From: an uncultured Candidatus Izemoplasmatales bacterium | Lineage (GTDB): Bacteria; Bacillota_I; Bacilli_A; Izemoplasmatales; Izemoplasmataceae | Length of the DNA stretch: 64,000 nt | Assembly: GCA_964643385.1 (NCBI GenBank) | Contig: CAZXSS010000001.1 | Location: forward strand, 5,283 to 69,282 | Direction of reading: 5' to 3' | Notes under the pieces: generated by a model | What the model was told of the DNA's origin: nothing | Databases searched by the model: none | What the model saw: the letters and a program-made list of their open reading frames with translations, nothing else | Shown here: positions 21,400 through 29,584 of the stretch, piece after piece | Layout of the letters: every line of letters starts with the position of its first letter | Numbering within the stretch: position 1 is the stretch's first letter | Made by a program: the position numbers and the translations under genes

Positions 21400-21866
21400 G
21401 GGTCCCTCCTTTTAATATAGGCATCATCTTCTGTATCTGAACTGACTATTTGAATCGAAATACGGTTTGGTAAACAGGTGATGGGTTGGACTGGCGAGTT
21501 GGTTGGACCATGCAAACGACAGGTGTTATTTGGGCTGGTTTCGTAGATGACATCGACCATATGATTGTTATATTTGATGACGACAGGTCCGTTTTCTCCT
21601 AAGACGCAAGTGATGTTGTTTTCATTAAAACATTGGATATAATAAGGATTGTCTTCTGTTTCATCTGGTCTATAGATATAGGTTTCATCAATAATGGTAT
21701 ATGACCCATCTGTTAAACTAATATGTAAAATTTCTTGATTTTCATAAGTGACAACGGCCGTGGCATTTTCATCTGTTAATGTTGATTGTAATATTTGGAC
21801 AACGGCGTATCCAATGATTCCAACAACAAGCACAATAAATATTAACCATTTATCATTTTTTTTCAT
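21366..21866 (-). CDS. NusG domain II-containing membrane-anchored protein
   Basis: ATG 21866 (MKKNDKW), one N-terminal TM, then a beta-rich domain ending in TCRLHGP...PITCLPNRISIQI, like the C..C..CLP(N/H)K signature of the NusG_II family. Confidence 0.65.
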   Translation of the reverse strand: MKKNDKWLIFIVLVVGIIGYAVVQILQSTLTDENATAVVTYENQEILHISLTDGSYTIIDETYIYRPDETEDNPYYIQCFNENNITCVLGENGPVVIKYNNHMVDVIYETSPNNTCRLHGPTNSPVQPITCLPNRISIQIVSSDTEDDAYIKRRDPWILYKAPLPN

Positions 21867-21990
21867 GTATATCAACTCCGTATTTGCTAGATATATTATA
21901 CCATACATTTGTTCAATTATACCATTAATCTAAGGTTGTTTGTATACAAATCTATAAACGAAAAAAAAGCGGTTTTATTTGTATTGGTAG

Positions 21991-22019
21991 TTGACAAACT
22001 GTATTACAGCATTTATAAT
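21991..22019 (+). promoter_or_regulatory. Consensus sigma-70 promoter for the FMN-binding lipoprotein gene
   Basis: TTGACA (21991-21996)-17 nt-TATAAT (22014-22019), about 30 nt upstream of RBS TAGGAGG. Confidence 0.7.
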
Positions 22020-22057
22020 ACTATTGGAATGAAAACACACACTTAGGAGGAAATAAA

Positions 22058-22543
22058 ATGAAAAAATTATTAGCTTTATTAGTATCATTAGCATTTGTCT
22101 TTGCCCTTACAGCTTGTGGCGAAGAAGTTGAAGAAGGAGATTTCACCCCTGGCGTTCATACGGGTTATTCAATTGGGACCGACAATGGTACTGGAAAATC
22201 GGTAGCTACAACTGCTACACTGTTTGTTAACGAAAATGGTGTTATTGATTATGCATTTATTGATGTAGTTTACCCAAGCGGTGATGAAACAGATGGTTAT
22301 ACTTATACTACTAAACATGCCTTAGAAGATGACTATGGTATGAAAGGTGCAAGTCCAATTGGTCTTGAATGGTATGAACAATCACTTGCATTAGGTGAAG
22401 CTATTGTTGAAGAACAAGGTTGGCCTGGTGATATCGAAGATGGATACTTCGCTGAAGATGAAGATGTATTTGCAAGCGTAACAATCCGCGTTACTTCATA
22501 CAAAGCTGCATTTGACGATGCAATGGAACAAGCGACTGAGTAA
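22058..22543 (+). CDS. FMN-binding-domain lipoprotein (PplA/RnfG-like, extracytosolic)
   Basis: Signal peptide with lipobox LTAC (Cys20). TKHALEDDYGMK...EWYEQ...DVFASVTIRVTS resembles FMN_bind domains (D-x-x-[S/T]-G-A-T region). Strongly acidic. Confidence 0.65.
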   Translation: MKKLLALLVSLAFVFALTACGEEVEEGDFTPGVHTGYSIGTDNGTGKSVATTATLFVNENGVIDYAFIDVVYPSGDETDGYTYTTKHALEDDYGMKGASPIGLEWYEQSLALGEAIVEEQGWPGDIEDGYFAEDEDVFASVTIRVTSYKAAFDDAMEQATE

Positions 22544-22580
22544 TTTTATCACTAACTAAAGATTTCTAATGAACACAATT

Positions 22581-22616
22581 AAAAAGACACATTATTAACT
22601 TAATGTGTCTTTTTTA
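22581..22616. terminator. Bidirectional terminator (FMN lipoprotein / RnfD-like)
   Basis: aaaagacacatta / taatgtgtctttt, 13-bp stem followed by T-run on the plus strand; A-run upstream serves the minus strand. Confidence 0.85.
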
Positions 22617-22634
22617 TGCTTAAGAAAGGTGTTA

Positions 22635-23621
22635 CTATATACTCAACAACATAATAATACCAAGCCAAACCACACCACTTGCTATAGTTAAAGCGTTTCT
22701 AACGCGCGGAAAGGTCCGGGTTTGAAATTGCTCCATGACCCAGGTAATGAATTGGGCAAAGACAAGCGCGTAAATGGCTGCTTCAATAATGTCAAATTGT
22801 AATCGAAACCATATAGTTAAAATAACGGCTATTAATGGATAGATAATCATCATTTCATCGGTTTCTGGGGTTGATGTTGGTTCTGAGACAAAGAAGACCA
22901 GCATTAATGCGGTATAGCCTAACATGAGATAGGTGAATGTATTCCACAAGGTGTATTCTGTGAATATCGCAAAGACGATTACGCCGATAATCATATGAAT
23001 CACGTATAGTACGCTCATTTTTACATGGATGATTTTTGTTACTGATAAATAAATCCACAACATGAATAATATAAAGAATGCACTGGTTCCTAGCGTTAAT
23101 CCTTCATATAGCCCAAAGAAAAATTGAATGCGGCTAAATGGAAGATCATCAGCGTTAAATATCGCGACCATGGTTTCTGATATAGATAACATATCTCTAA
23201 AAATAAGTTGGACAATAAGTACAGCAAGTAAGACGGGATGGATAATGTGTTTCCTAAATAATATGAGAAATATAAAAGAAAATAACTTAATGATGATTAT
23301 TGTAATAATAATCACATAAAATGGTGCTTGAACGGGTAATAAAAGGCTTGCGAGCAATGCGTGTGTAATGCTTGTCATGTAGTTTCTATAGTGTGTTGTA
23401 TCTTGGTTTTTTAGATATCGGTAAACAAATACTAAAGCGCTTGAGAAGGCGACCGCAATTACTACTTGTAATAAGCCATAGAAGGCATATTCTAATCCAA
23501 TGAATGCTTGTAATATTAAGGCGATAACGGTCATAAATACGACGGCAATGTGATAACTTATGAGACGTTTCAAAGTATGTTCAACGGTACTTACGAGTGG
23601 TGTTTTTTGGATTTTAAACAT
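22635..23621 (-). CDS. RnfD/NqrB-like polytopic membrane protein (divergent)
   Basis: 328 aa, about 9-10 TM. ITHALLASLLLPVQAPFYV, GLTLGTSAFFILFMLWIYL and FFVSEPTSTPET align by eye with RnfD blocks (ITALLLAL.LPP, G.SLGETSAL, FFMATDPVTSP). Confidence 0.6.
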   Translation of the reverse strand: MFKIQKTPLVSTVEHTLKRLISYHIAVVFMTVIALILQAFIGLEYAFYGLLQVVIAVAFSSALVFVYRYLKNQDTTHYRNYMTSITHALLASLLLPVQAPFYVIIITIIIIKLFSFIFLILFRKHIIHPVLLAVLIVQLIFRDMLSISETMVAIFNADDLPFSRIQFFFGLYEGLTLGTSAFFILFMLWIYLSVTKIIHVKMSVLYVIHMIIGVIVFAIFTEYTLWNTFTYLMLGYTALMLVFFVSEPTSTPETDEMMIIYPLIAVILTIWFRLQFDIIEAAIYALVFAQFITWVMEQFQTRTFPRVRNALTIASGVVWLGIIMLLSI

Positions 23622-24753
23622 CGTTATCCCCCTTAAGTAATGCTTTGGCTTTTTTTACAAAATTCATTACGGGGATTTTCGATGGGCAATAATAGGTACA
23701 TAAGCCGCATTCAATACAAAGATTGGTTTTCATACTGCCCAAATAAATATCGTGTTCAACCGCATGCATAATCTTTGATGGCAATATTCCAGCGGGACAT
23801 TTATTATTACAGCGACCACATGAAATACAATCATAAACTTCGCGTTCTCTATGTTCTTGGATATAAAGTCCAACGATGGTTTTTGTAATTGAGAATTGGT
23901 CATGGTCGATGGCTTTCATTTCTAAACGTGAATTTTTAAGAATAGTGAGCGGTTTATTGGTTGTGTACCCATTAAAAATACGTTTTAAATCGGAAAATAG
24001 CGTACCGATTCTGACTTGGAAGACAGTGGGATTTTTTATCGCATCACCATGGACAATAACCCGGTTTAATACCGATGGGCGTTTGTATGTAATCATTTCG
24101 TTGAGTCTTAATATCGATTCAAACGATAGATAGTTATATGTTTGTGTTTTTCTTAATGTTCCGTTGAAGATATCATTGATGGCTTTGTGTCTAAAATCGA
24201 CACCTTTTTCTGGCTTGATTGATCTGACTTCAATGGGAAATGTTTGATTGTTTAAAAAGCGCGATGAGACATCGTCTTTAACGAGTAATACGACCGATTT
24301 AAATTGATATATATCATGTAATGTTTGTATGGTTCTCATGATGATATCATAGGTATTTTCGACAAATTTTTGGTCGAGTGTCGCAAAGGGCTCATCAAAA
24401 AATACAAGATCAACAACAAGGTATTTTTGGTGCATTGAGCCTAATTGCTCAATTGCCAAAGATGGAGAAAAATATGTTTCAATGCGTTTTTTTGTGGTCA
24501 TATTTTGGATGGCTTTGTCCACGGTGTTTTTGGTATCGTTTTCGATAATTACGTAGTTTTTAATGTCGTTATACTCATCTTTTTGAACAATAAATTGTTT
24601 GATAGTGCCACTCACTGTGCTATATACAAGGCCCGCTTCATCAAGCGGTGTGCCAATATTAACAGGGGTATTTAGTGTTAATGAAGGTTTGATTGAATCA
24701 ACAGGTAAGGCAATCAATTTTGGTTGAATATAGCTTTTTTCAGTAGATATCAT
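23614..24753 (-). CDS. RnfC-like iron-sulfur protein (short, nucleotide-binding motifs degenerate)
   Basis: C-terminal CISCGRCNNKCPAGILP and CIECGLCTYYCPSKIPV match the RnfC 2x[4Fe-4S] region. N-terminal barrel motif VYSTVSGTI. 8-nt overlap with the RnfD-like gene. Confidence 0.65.
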   Translation of the reverse strand: MISTEKSYIQPKLIALPVDSIKPSLTLNTPVNIGTPLDEAGLVYSTVSGTIKQFIVQKDEYNDIKNYVIIENDTKNTVDKAIQNMTTKKRIETYFSPSLAIEQLGSMHQKYLVVDLVFFDEPFATLDQKFVENTYDIIMRTIQTLHDIYQFKSVVLLVKDDVSSRFLNNQTFPIEVRSIKPEKGVDFRHKAINDIFNGTLRKTQTYNYLSFESILRLNEMITYKRPSVLNRVIVHGDAIKNPTVFQVRIGTLFSDLKRIFNGYTTNKPLTILKNSRLEMKAIDHDQFSITKTIVGLYIQEHREREVYDCISCGRCNNKCPAGILPSKIMHAVEHDIYLGSMKTNLCIECGLCTYYCPSKIPVMNFVKKAKALLKGDNDV

Positions 24754-24869
24754 TATCCCACCCCTTTTATTATTTTTCTTTATTATAACACGCGTTTATA
24801 TTTTTTTGATAATAGACATCGAAATTAATGAAATTATGATATAATATGTTAGACGAAAGGGGTTTTGCA

Positions 24870-25925
24870 ATGAAAATATTTAACTTTATAACGCTCTTAT
24901 TTATAGGGTTTCTATTGATTAGCTGCGATACTGGTAAAGAAGAACATCAAGAAATCTATTATGGTGTTTTTGATACAAGAATTGCCGTTACTACGTGGCT
25001 CGATAATCAAGATGAAAATGCCCTTTTTGATGAGATAGATGATATTTTAACACATGGCCATCAAGTCTCGACACGATATACAGACTATGAAGATATTCAT
25101 AATATTCATTACATTAATGCACATCCTGACGAAGTCATTGAGATTGACCCGTTACTAACTGAAATGATTGCGCTCAGTATTGATATACACGAGAATGTCT
25201 CGCCGTTATTTAATATAGCCCTTGGTGATGTGGTAGATATTTGGACCAATTATCGCGAGCAATGTCTATCAGATGAGGTTTGTGAGGTTCCATCTCAAGA
25301 TGAGCTCGAAGAAGCAGCAATGATGGCTGATCCTTCGCTGATTGAACTTGATGAAGATAACAATACAATTAAGATTCCCGAAGGTATGACCCTTGATCTA
25401 GGTGCGATTGCTAAAGGATATATTGCTGAAAAAGTTGGCGATTATCTTCGTTCTCAAGATGTAGAAATTTTTATGATAAACTCTGGTAGTTCAAACATTG
25501 AAGTTGAGGGAGCCAATCCGCATCCTGAAAGAGATTATTGGTCAATTGGTTTAAAAGATCCTGATAATCCACTTTCTAGATATGGACGTGTTCGCGTCCC
25601 TTCTGGTTATAGTGCGGTGACTAGTGGAGACTATGAACGGTTTTATACGGTTGATGGGCAGCAATATCACCATTTAATTAGTCCAATAACCTTATACCCT
25701 ACCTATCACACACGTACAGTAACGGTTATTTCTAAAGATCCTGGACTAGCAGATGTGTATTCTACCATTGCGTTTTTAATGCCTATTGATGAATCTATTG
25801 ATTTTATCAACAGCCTTGAAGATACTGAAGCGATTTGGCTAGATACAGATCGTGAAGCGCGCTTTAGTGAGAATTTTGAAGAAAATTATCTTATGGAAAT
25901 TTTGATTGAACAATATACAGACTAA
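24870..25925 (+). CDS. apbE: ApbE-family FAD:protein FMN transferase lipoprotein (FmnB-like)
   Basis: ATG 24870 with lipobox LLISC (Cys19). DLGAIAKGY and TSGDYERFY...YHHLISP ApbE motifs. Confidence 0.88.
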   Translation: MKIFNFITLLFIGFLLISCDTGKEEHQEIYYGVFDTRIAVTTWLDNQDENALFDEIDDILTHGHQVSTRYTDYEDIHNIHYINAHPDEVIEIDPLLTEMIALSIDIHENVSPLFNIALGDVVDIWTNYREQCLSDEVCEVPSQDELEEAAMMADPSLIELDEDNNTIKIPEGMTLDLGAIAKGYIAEKVGDYLRSQDVEIFMINSGSSNIEVEGANPHPERDYWSIGLKDPDNPLSRYGRVRVPSGYSAVTSGDYERFYTVDGQQYHHLISPITLYPTYHTRTVTVISKDPGLADVYSTIAFLMPIDESIDFINSLEDTEAIWLDTDREARFSENFEENYLMEILIEQYTD

Positions 25926-25967
25926 AAAAAATCACTTATCAGATTGTCCTGATAGGTGATTTTTTTA
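25925..25967. terminator. Bidirectional terminator (apbE / Gx transporter)
   Basis: aaaatcacttatcag / ctgataggtgatttt stem flanked by A8 and T7. Confidence 0.85.
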
Positions 25968-26510
25968 TTATGTATGATTTTCAGTTAATGGTTTTAATAT
26001 GTGTAAAAGTTGTATTGTTAGTTTTCCTACAATGAATCCTGATGGCAAACTGAGTAGCAACATTAATGGAAAGTAAGCAGCGATGTAATAATCAAAAAAG
26101 AGTATCGCAACAATCATTTGACCAAACACATGTCCAACTGCGCCAAGGATACTTACGCCAATAATTGAAAAGCTATTAAATGATTTTGCTAAAACCATGA
26201 TTGAGTACGCCAATAACCCACCAACGAGGCTTGTATAAAAGGGGATACTAGATAGTCCTGAATACAGTAACCCGACAAGTAATACTCTTAGTAATAAAAC
26301 AGTAAGGCTATCTTTTCTTCCGTAAGTATATAAAATTAATAATACAATGATATTTGCGAGTCCAATGCGCAATCCACCAACCCCTAATAAGGGCGCTAGA
26401 AACGGTCCGGCAAGGGCGGTAATGCCTTGCATAACAACCCGTTCAACAATGTTCAATACAACACTGAGGGCAAGCAACACGGAAAGCAATGTTAAGCGTT
26501 TTGTCTTCAT
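25968..26510 (-). CDS. Gx transporter family protein (Hpre_diP_synt_I-type membrane protein)
   Basis: 180 aa, 5 TM. LRIGLANIIVL and GAVGHVFGQMIVA resemble the KLGLANI / HN.GQL family motifs. Confidence 0.7.
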   Translation of the reverse strand: MKTKRLTLLSVLLALSVVLNIVERVVMQGITALAGPFLAPLLGVGGLRIGLANIIVLLILYTYGRKDSLTVLLLRVLLVGLLYSGLSSIPFYTSLVGGLLAYSIMVLAKSFNSFSIIGVSILGAVGHVFGQMIVAILFFDYYIAAYFPLMLLLSLPSGFIVGKLTIQLLHILKPLTENHT

Positions 26511-26570
26511 ATAATCACCTGAATAATTGTATCACTTTCGCATGCTTTGTGCAATGCTTTGAAAGATGTT

Positions 26571-28187
26571 TTATGTTTTTTTCTGGTTTTTTAAAAACGT
26601 ATAAAATTCGTTAAATTGTAGCGGTTTGGCATAATGATATCCTTGTGCATAATCGCAGTCGATTGATTTTAAATAGTCAGCTTCTTCTTTTGTTTCAACG
26701 CCTTCGGCGGTTGTTTTTACATTCAAGGACTTACCTAAATTAATTGCTGCTTTGGTGATGCTACAAAGTTGTGTGTCTTTTGTACAATTGTGAATAAATG
26801 AACGGTCAATTTTTAAAGAATGTACTTGATATCTATTTAGTTCACTTAAGGATGAATATCCAGTACCAAAATCATCTATTGATAAACTGATTTTTTCATG
26901 TTTTAATTGATCGATAAATTTTTTAGAAATACTTTTATTAATGATAAGGGATTGTTCGGTGATTTCAAATTCTACATATTTTCCGGGAATTTGATAGTCT
27001 TCTAACCATGTCTTAACGTTGTTGTAAAATGTTTTATCAAGCAGATTTTTTGCGGATATATTTATTGCTATTTTGAGTGGCATCCGGCTTTGCATCAACA
27101 TCTTAATACGTTCAAACACGCTTTTGATAACCCACTCTGTTAAATCATTGATGAGCGATGTATTTTCAATAAGAGGGATGAAATCATTAGGCATCATTAA
27201 ACCTAAGTCATCACTTTGCCAGCGCAACAAGGCTTCTGCCCCAATAGTCTCTTTTGTTTTTAAATCAATTTGTGGCTGGAATACTAAATATAATTCATTG
27301 TTATAGATTGCTTTATTAAATAAGCCTAAGATATTAATATTTTCGTGATTTGGGCTCATAGTATCGGTGTATTTTGCATAACTTACATAATTGCGTTCTG
27401 CATACCGAGAAGCGTACATAGCTTTAATTAAGGCTGTTTGTAAATCATCATTTGCCATGGTAATACCTAATGCTATATCGAGATAAATAGGAATATCTTT
27501 TATAATAAAGGTTTCCCTTAGGGTATCACTTAAATGCTCTAAGGTATTATCATCGACTTCATTTTCAAGTGTGATGATAAAACTTGATAATTCTTTTTGA
27601 TAGATACTGCTTGTATGTTTTAAGTTAATTATGCGTGATTGCATGAGTTGTAAAACATCATGATAGGCATCAATACCGAGTAAATCGATTAAATCTTGAT
27701 GATTCAAGATTTTTAAATGCATAATATAATGTGGGTGTTGATCAGCATCTTGATCAATTAAATCGGTTAATAAAGGGATATCTGTATAAATATCTTTTTT
27801 TAATATTTTAATACGTTCTAAATACGCTGTTTTTATAGCTTTTGAGAAATAGCCAATGGTTCCCCCAATAAGCATAAAGAAAATAATACGGTAAATCCAG
27901 TTGATAGGAGATTGCATAAGCATTGCATCGGTATCAATAGGCATAAATGGACCAAGTAGTAAGCCACCGATTAAGCCTTGAATTAGCCCACCGTAAACAC
28001 CAAAATAGATACCTGCTAAAAGAATCGGTATATACATTCCATGTGAATACACATATTGAATGCCTCCTGTAAGATATACCAATAGTGTAATTAGTATTGT
28101 AAGGATTATGAGACCAATTGCGAGAAATTTTTGAACTGATTTTTTAGGAGTCATAAATAATGTAATCCACCCATTTAATTTTTTCAT
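26571..28187 (-). CDS. Membrane-bound c-di-GMP phosphodiesterase (degenerate GGDEF + EAL)
   Basis: Four N-terminal TM. Central GGDEF-like fold with KELSSF in place of GGDEF. EAL domain with EALLRW, FIPLIENT, NISAKN, EFEITE, DDFGTGYSS, KIDRSF, AEGVET and QGYHYAKP. Confidence 0.85.
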   Translation of the reverse strand: MKKLNGWITLFMTPKKSVQKFLAIGLIILTILITLLVYLTGGIQYVYSHGMYIPILLAGIYFGVYGGLIQGLIGGLLLGPFMPIDTDAMLMQSPINWIYRIIFFMLIGGTIGYFSKAIKTAYLERIKILKKDIYTDIPLLTDLIDQDADQHPHYIMHLKILNHQDLIDLLGIDAYHDVLQLMQSRIINLKHTSSIYQKELSSFIITLENEVDDNTLEHLSDTLRETFIIKDIPIYLDIALGITMANDDLQTALIKAMYASRYAERNYVSYAKYTDTMSPNHENINILGLFNKAIYNNELYLVFQPQIDLKTKETIGAEALLRWQSDDLGLMMPNDFIPLIENTSLINDLTEWVIKSVFERIKMLMQSRMPLKIAINISAKNLLDKTFYNNVKTWLEDYQIPGKYVEFEITEQSLIINKSISKKFIDQLKHEKISLSIDDFGTGYSSLSELNRYQVHSLKIDRSFIHNCTKDTQLCSITKAAINLGKSLNVKTTAEGVETKEEADYLKSIDCDYAQGYHYAKPLQFNEFYTFLKNQKKT

Positions 28188-28251
28188 AATATACTCCTTT
28201 ATGTGTCCTACCCTTATCTTTACTATAGCACAAACAAATGTCTAGAACTAA

Positions 28252-28285
28252 CAAAAAGAAAGAACCTGCAATTTAGCAGGTTCTT
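28252..28285 (-). terminator. Rho-independent terminator after the padR-degV operon
   Basis: agaacctgc / gcaggttct stem followed by UUCUUUUUG on the minus strand. Confidence 0.8.
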
Positions 28286-28286
28286 A

Positions 28287-29156
28287 TCAGTCAATATTAT
28301 CAAGATTAAAATACGCAATGCCAACTGTGCCAACACCAGTATGACACCCAATGACTGGGGTTATTGGTGCGGCATAAAAACGGTTATTAGGATAGGCTTT
28401 ATCAATCCGGGATTTGACATAATCAAACCCAGCTTTATTGTCGCTTGTATCGTAGGTTATTACGAAGTTTTTAATGTCTTTTAAATCCTCTAAAACGTGA
28501 TCTACCATGCGTTCAAGGGCTTTTTTTTGTGTGCGCACTTTTTCAAAAGGCACGATTTTTCCTTCGTCATTTACTTCTAATATTGGTTTGATTTTAAGAA
28601 GACTCCCTAAGAATCCACTGGCGCCACTAAGTCGGCCATTTTTTACAAGTAAGCGTAAATTATCGACCATAAAATATTGTTTGCGACTAGTAGATAATTT
28701 TTCTAATGTTTTGATAATGGTATCAAGGGGTTTGCCTTCCTCAATCATACGCAACGCTTCTAATGATAAGAATCCTTCACTAATTGCGGCGTTTTTTGTA
28801 TTAATAACGTGTATGTTTAAGGGTTTATCATAGGCGTTTTTCGCCATGAGCGCTGTTTGATAGGTGCCGCTTAAGGCACTAGAAATGGTAATAACTAAGA
28901 CATTATCATAGCCATCTTCTAAGATTTGATCAAACGTTTCTGTTATTTCTCCAAGACTTGGCATGCTTGATGATGGCATCAGTGAGGTATCATTGTTTAG
29001 CATCTCATAAAATCGTTCAGCGGTGATGTCTATATAATCATTATATGTTTCATCATTAATGAGTATCTTACAGCGAACAATGTATAGGTTATCATAAGGA
29101 ACGTCTAAATAATCTAAGCATCCTGTACTTACAGCAATAACAGCAGTCTTCTTCAT
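28287..29156 (-). CDS. DegV family fatty-acid-binding protein (FakB-like), copy 1
   Basis: 289 aa with typical DegV blocks (ISSALSGTYQ, LVKNGRLSGASGFLGSLLKIKP, HTGVGTVG). Confidence 0.9.
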   Translation of the reverse strand: MKKTAVIAVSTGCLDYLDVPYDNLYIVRCKILINDETYNDYIDITAERFYEMLNNDTSLMPSSSMPSLGEITETFDQILEDGYDNVLVITISSALSGTYQTALMAKNAYDKPLNIHVINTKNAAISEGFLSLEALRMIEEGKPLDTIIKTLEKLSTSRKQYFMVDNLRLLVKNGRLSGASGFLGSLLKIKPILEVNDEGKIVPFEKVRTQKKALERMVDHVLEDLKDIKNFVITYDTSDNKAGFDYVKSRIDKAYPNNRFYAAPITPVIGCHTGVGTVGIAYFNLDNID

Positions 29157-29158
29157 TA

Positions 29159-29584
29159 TTAATCTCCTTTTTTATTGAGCAGTTTGTAGAGTAAACTTAA
29201 CGGCCAAAATAAAATACCTAGTGATGGAATAATAAACCATAGTCCTGCATCTGGAAAGTATTCAAGATTAACAAAGCCTAAAATACCGATGATAATTGCT
29301 GAACTGATAGCTGAAAATAACAAATCGTTACGATAATGTTGAATGGTTTTTTGTCGTTTATACCGTTTCTTCTCTTTATCCATGTTGGGATGATAAAAGT
29401 CATCGAGTTCACCAAACTCATTTATGGTTTTGTCGATGGCCTCTTCTTCTTCATATCCTTGTTCTTTTAAGTCTTCAACTTTTTCTGTCAGCATCTCAAT
29501 TAAAATTTGTTTTGTTTCCTCTGTTTCTTTGGTTCGCTTTTGTTTTTTAAACAGATGGTGAATAAAATCGTCAATTGCTTTCAT
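29159..29584 (-). CDS. PadR-associated membrane protein (helical N-domain + 2 TM)
   Basis: 141 aa. Charged N-terminal helices (EEEAIDKTINEFGELDDF), then two TM. 14-nt overlap with padR, an arrangement typical of PadR partner proteins. Confidence 0.55.
   Translation of the reverse strand: MKAIDDFIHHLFKKQKRTKETEETKQILIEMLTEKVEDLKEQGYEEEEAIDKTINEFGELDDFYHPNMDKEKKRYKRQKTIQHYRNDLLFSAISSAIIIGILGFVNLEYFPDAGLWFIIPSLGILFWPLSLLYKLLNKKGD

Noticed and set aside
21909-22057. I looked for an FMN riboswitch upstream of the FMN-binding lipoprotein, and for other riboswitches or T-boxes in all intergenic gaps over 100 nt (6245-6364, 9917-10065, 11740-11916, 24754-24869, 45181-45309).
   Set aside because: With the mapped promoters the leaders are only about 30-45 nt. 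I saw no conserved riboswitch core strings or long structured leaders. Only the 54.6-kb region qualifies.
28203-28484. 93-aa plus-strand ORF across the EAL/degV intergenic region. Similar cases: 31397-31600, 33460-33756, 57383-57661, 19182-19379.
   Set aside because: These run antisense through terminators, promoters and the ends of real genes. They have no RBS and implausible sequence.
28590-28650. Nucleotide similarity between degV copy 1 (about 28590-28650) and copy 2 (about 30735-30795); considered as a repeat or recent gene conversion tract.
   Set aside because: The differences are mostly synonymous within an identical 22-aa motif, and similarity decays outside it. This is a conserved coding motif of old paralogs, not a repeat element.
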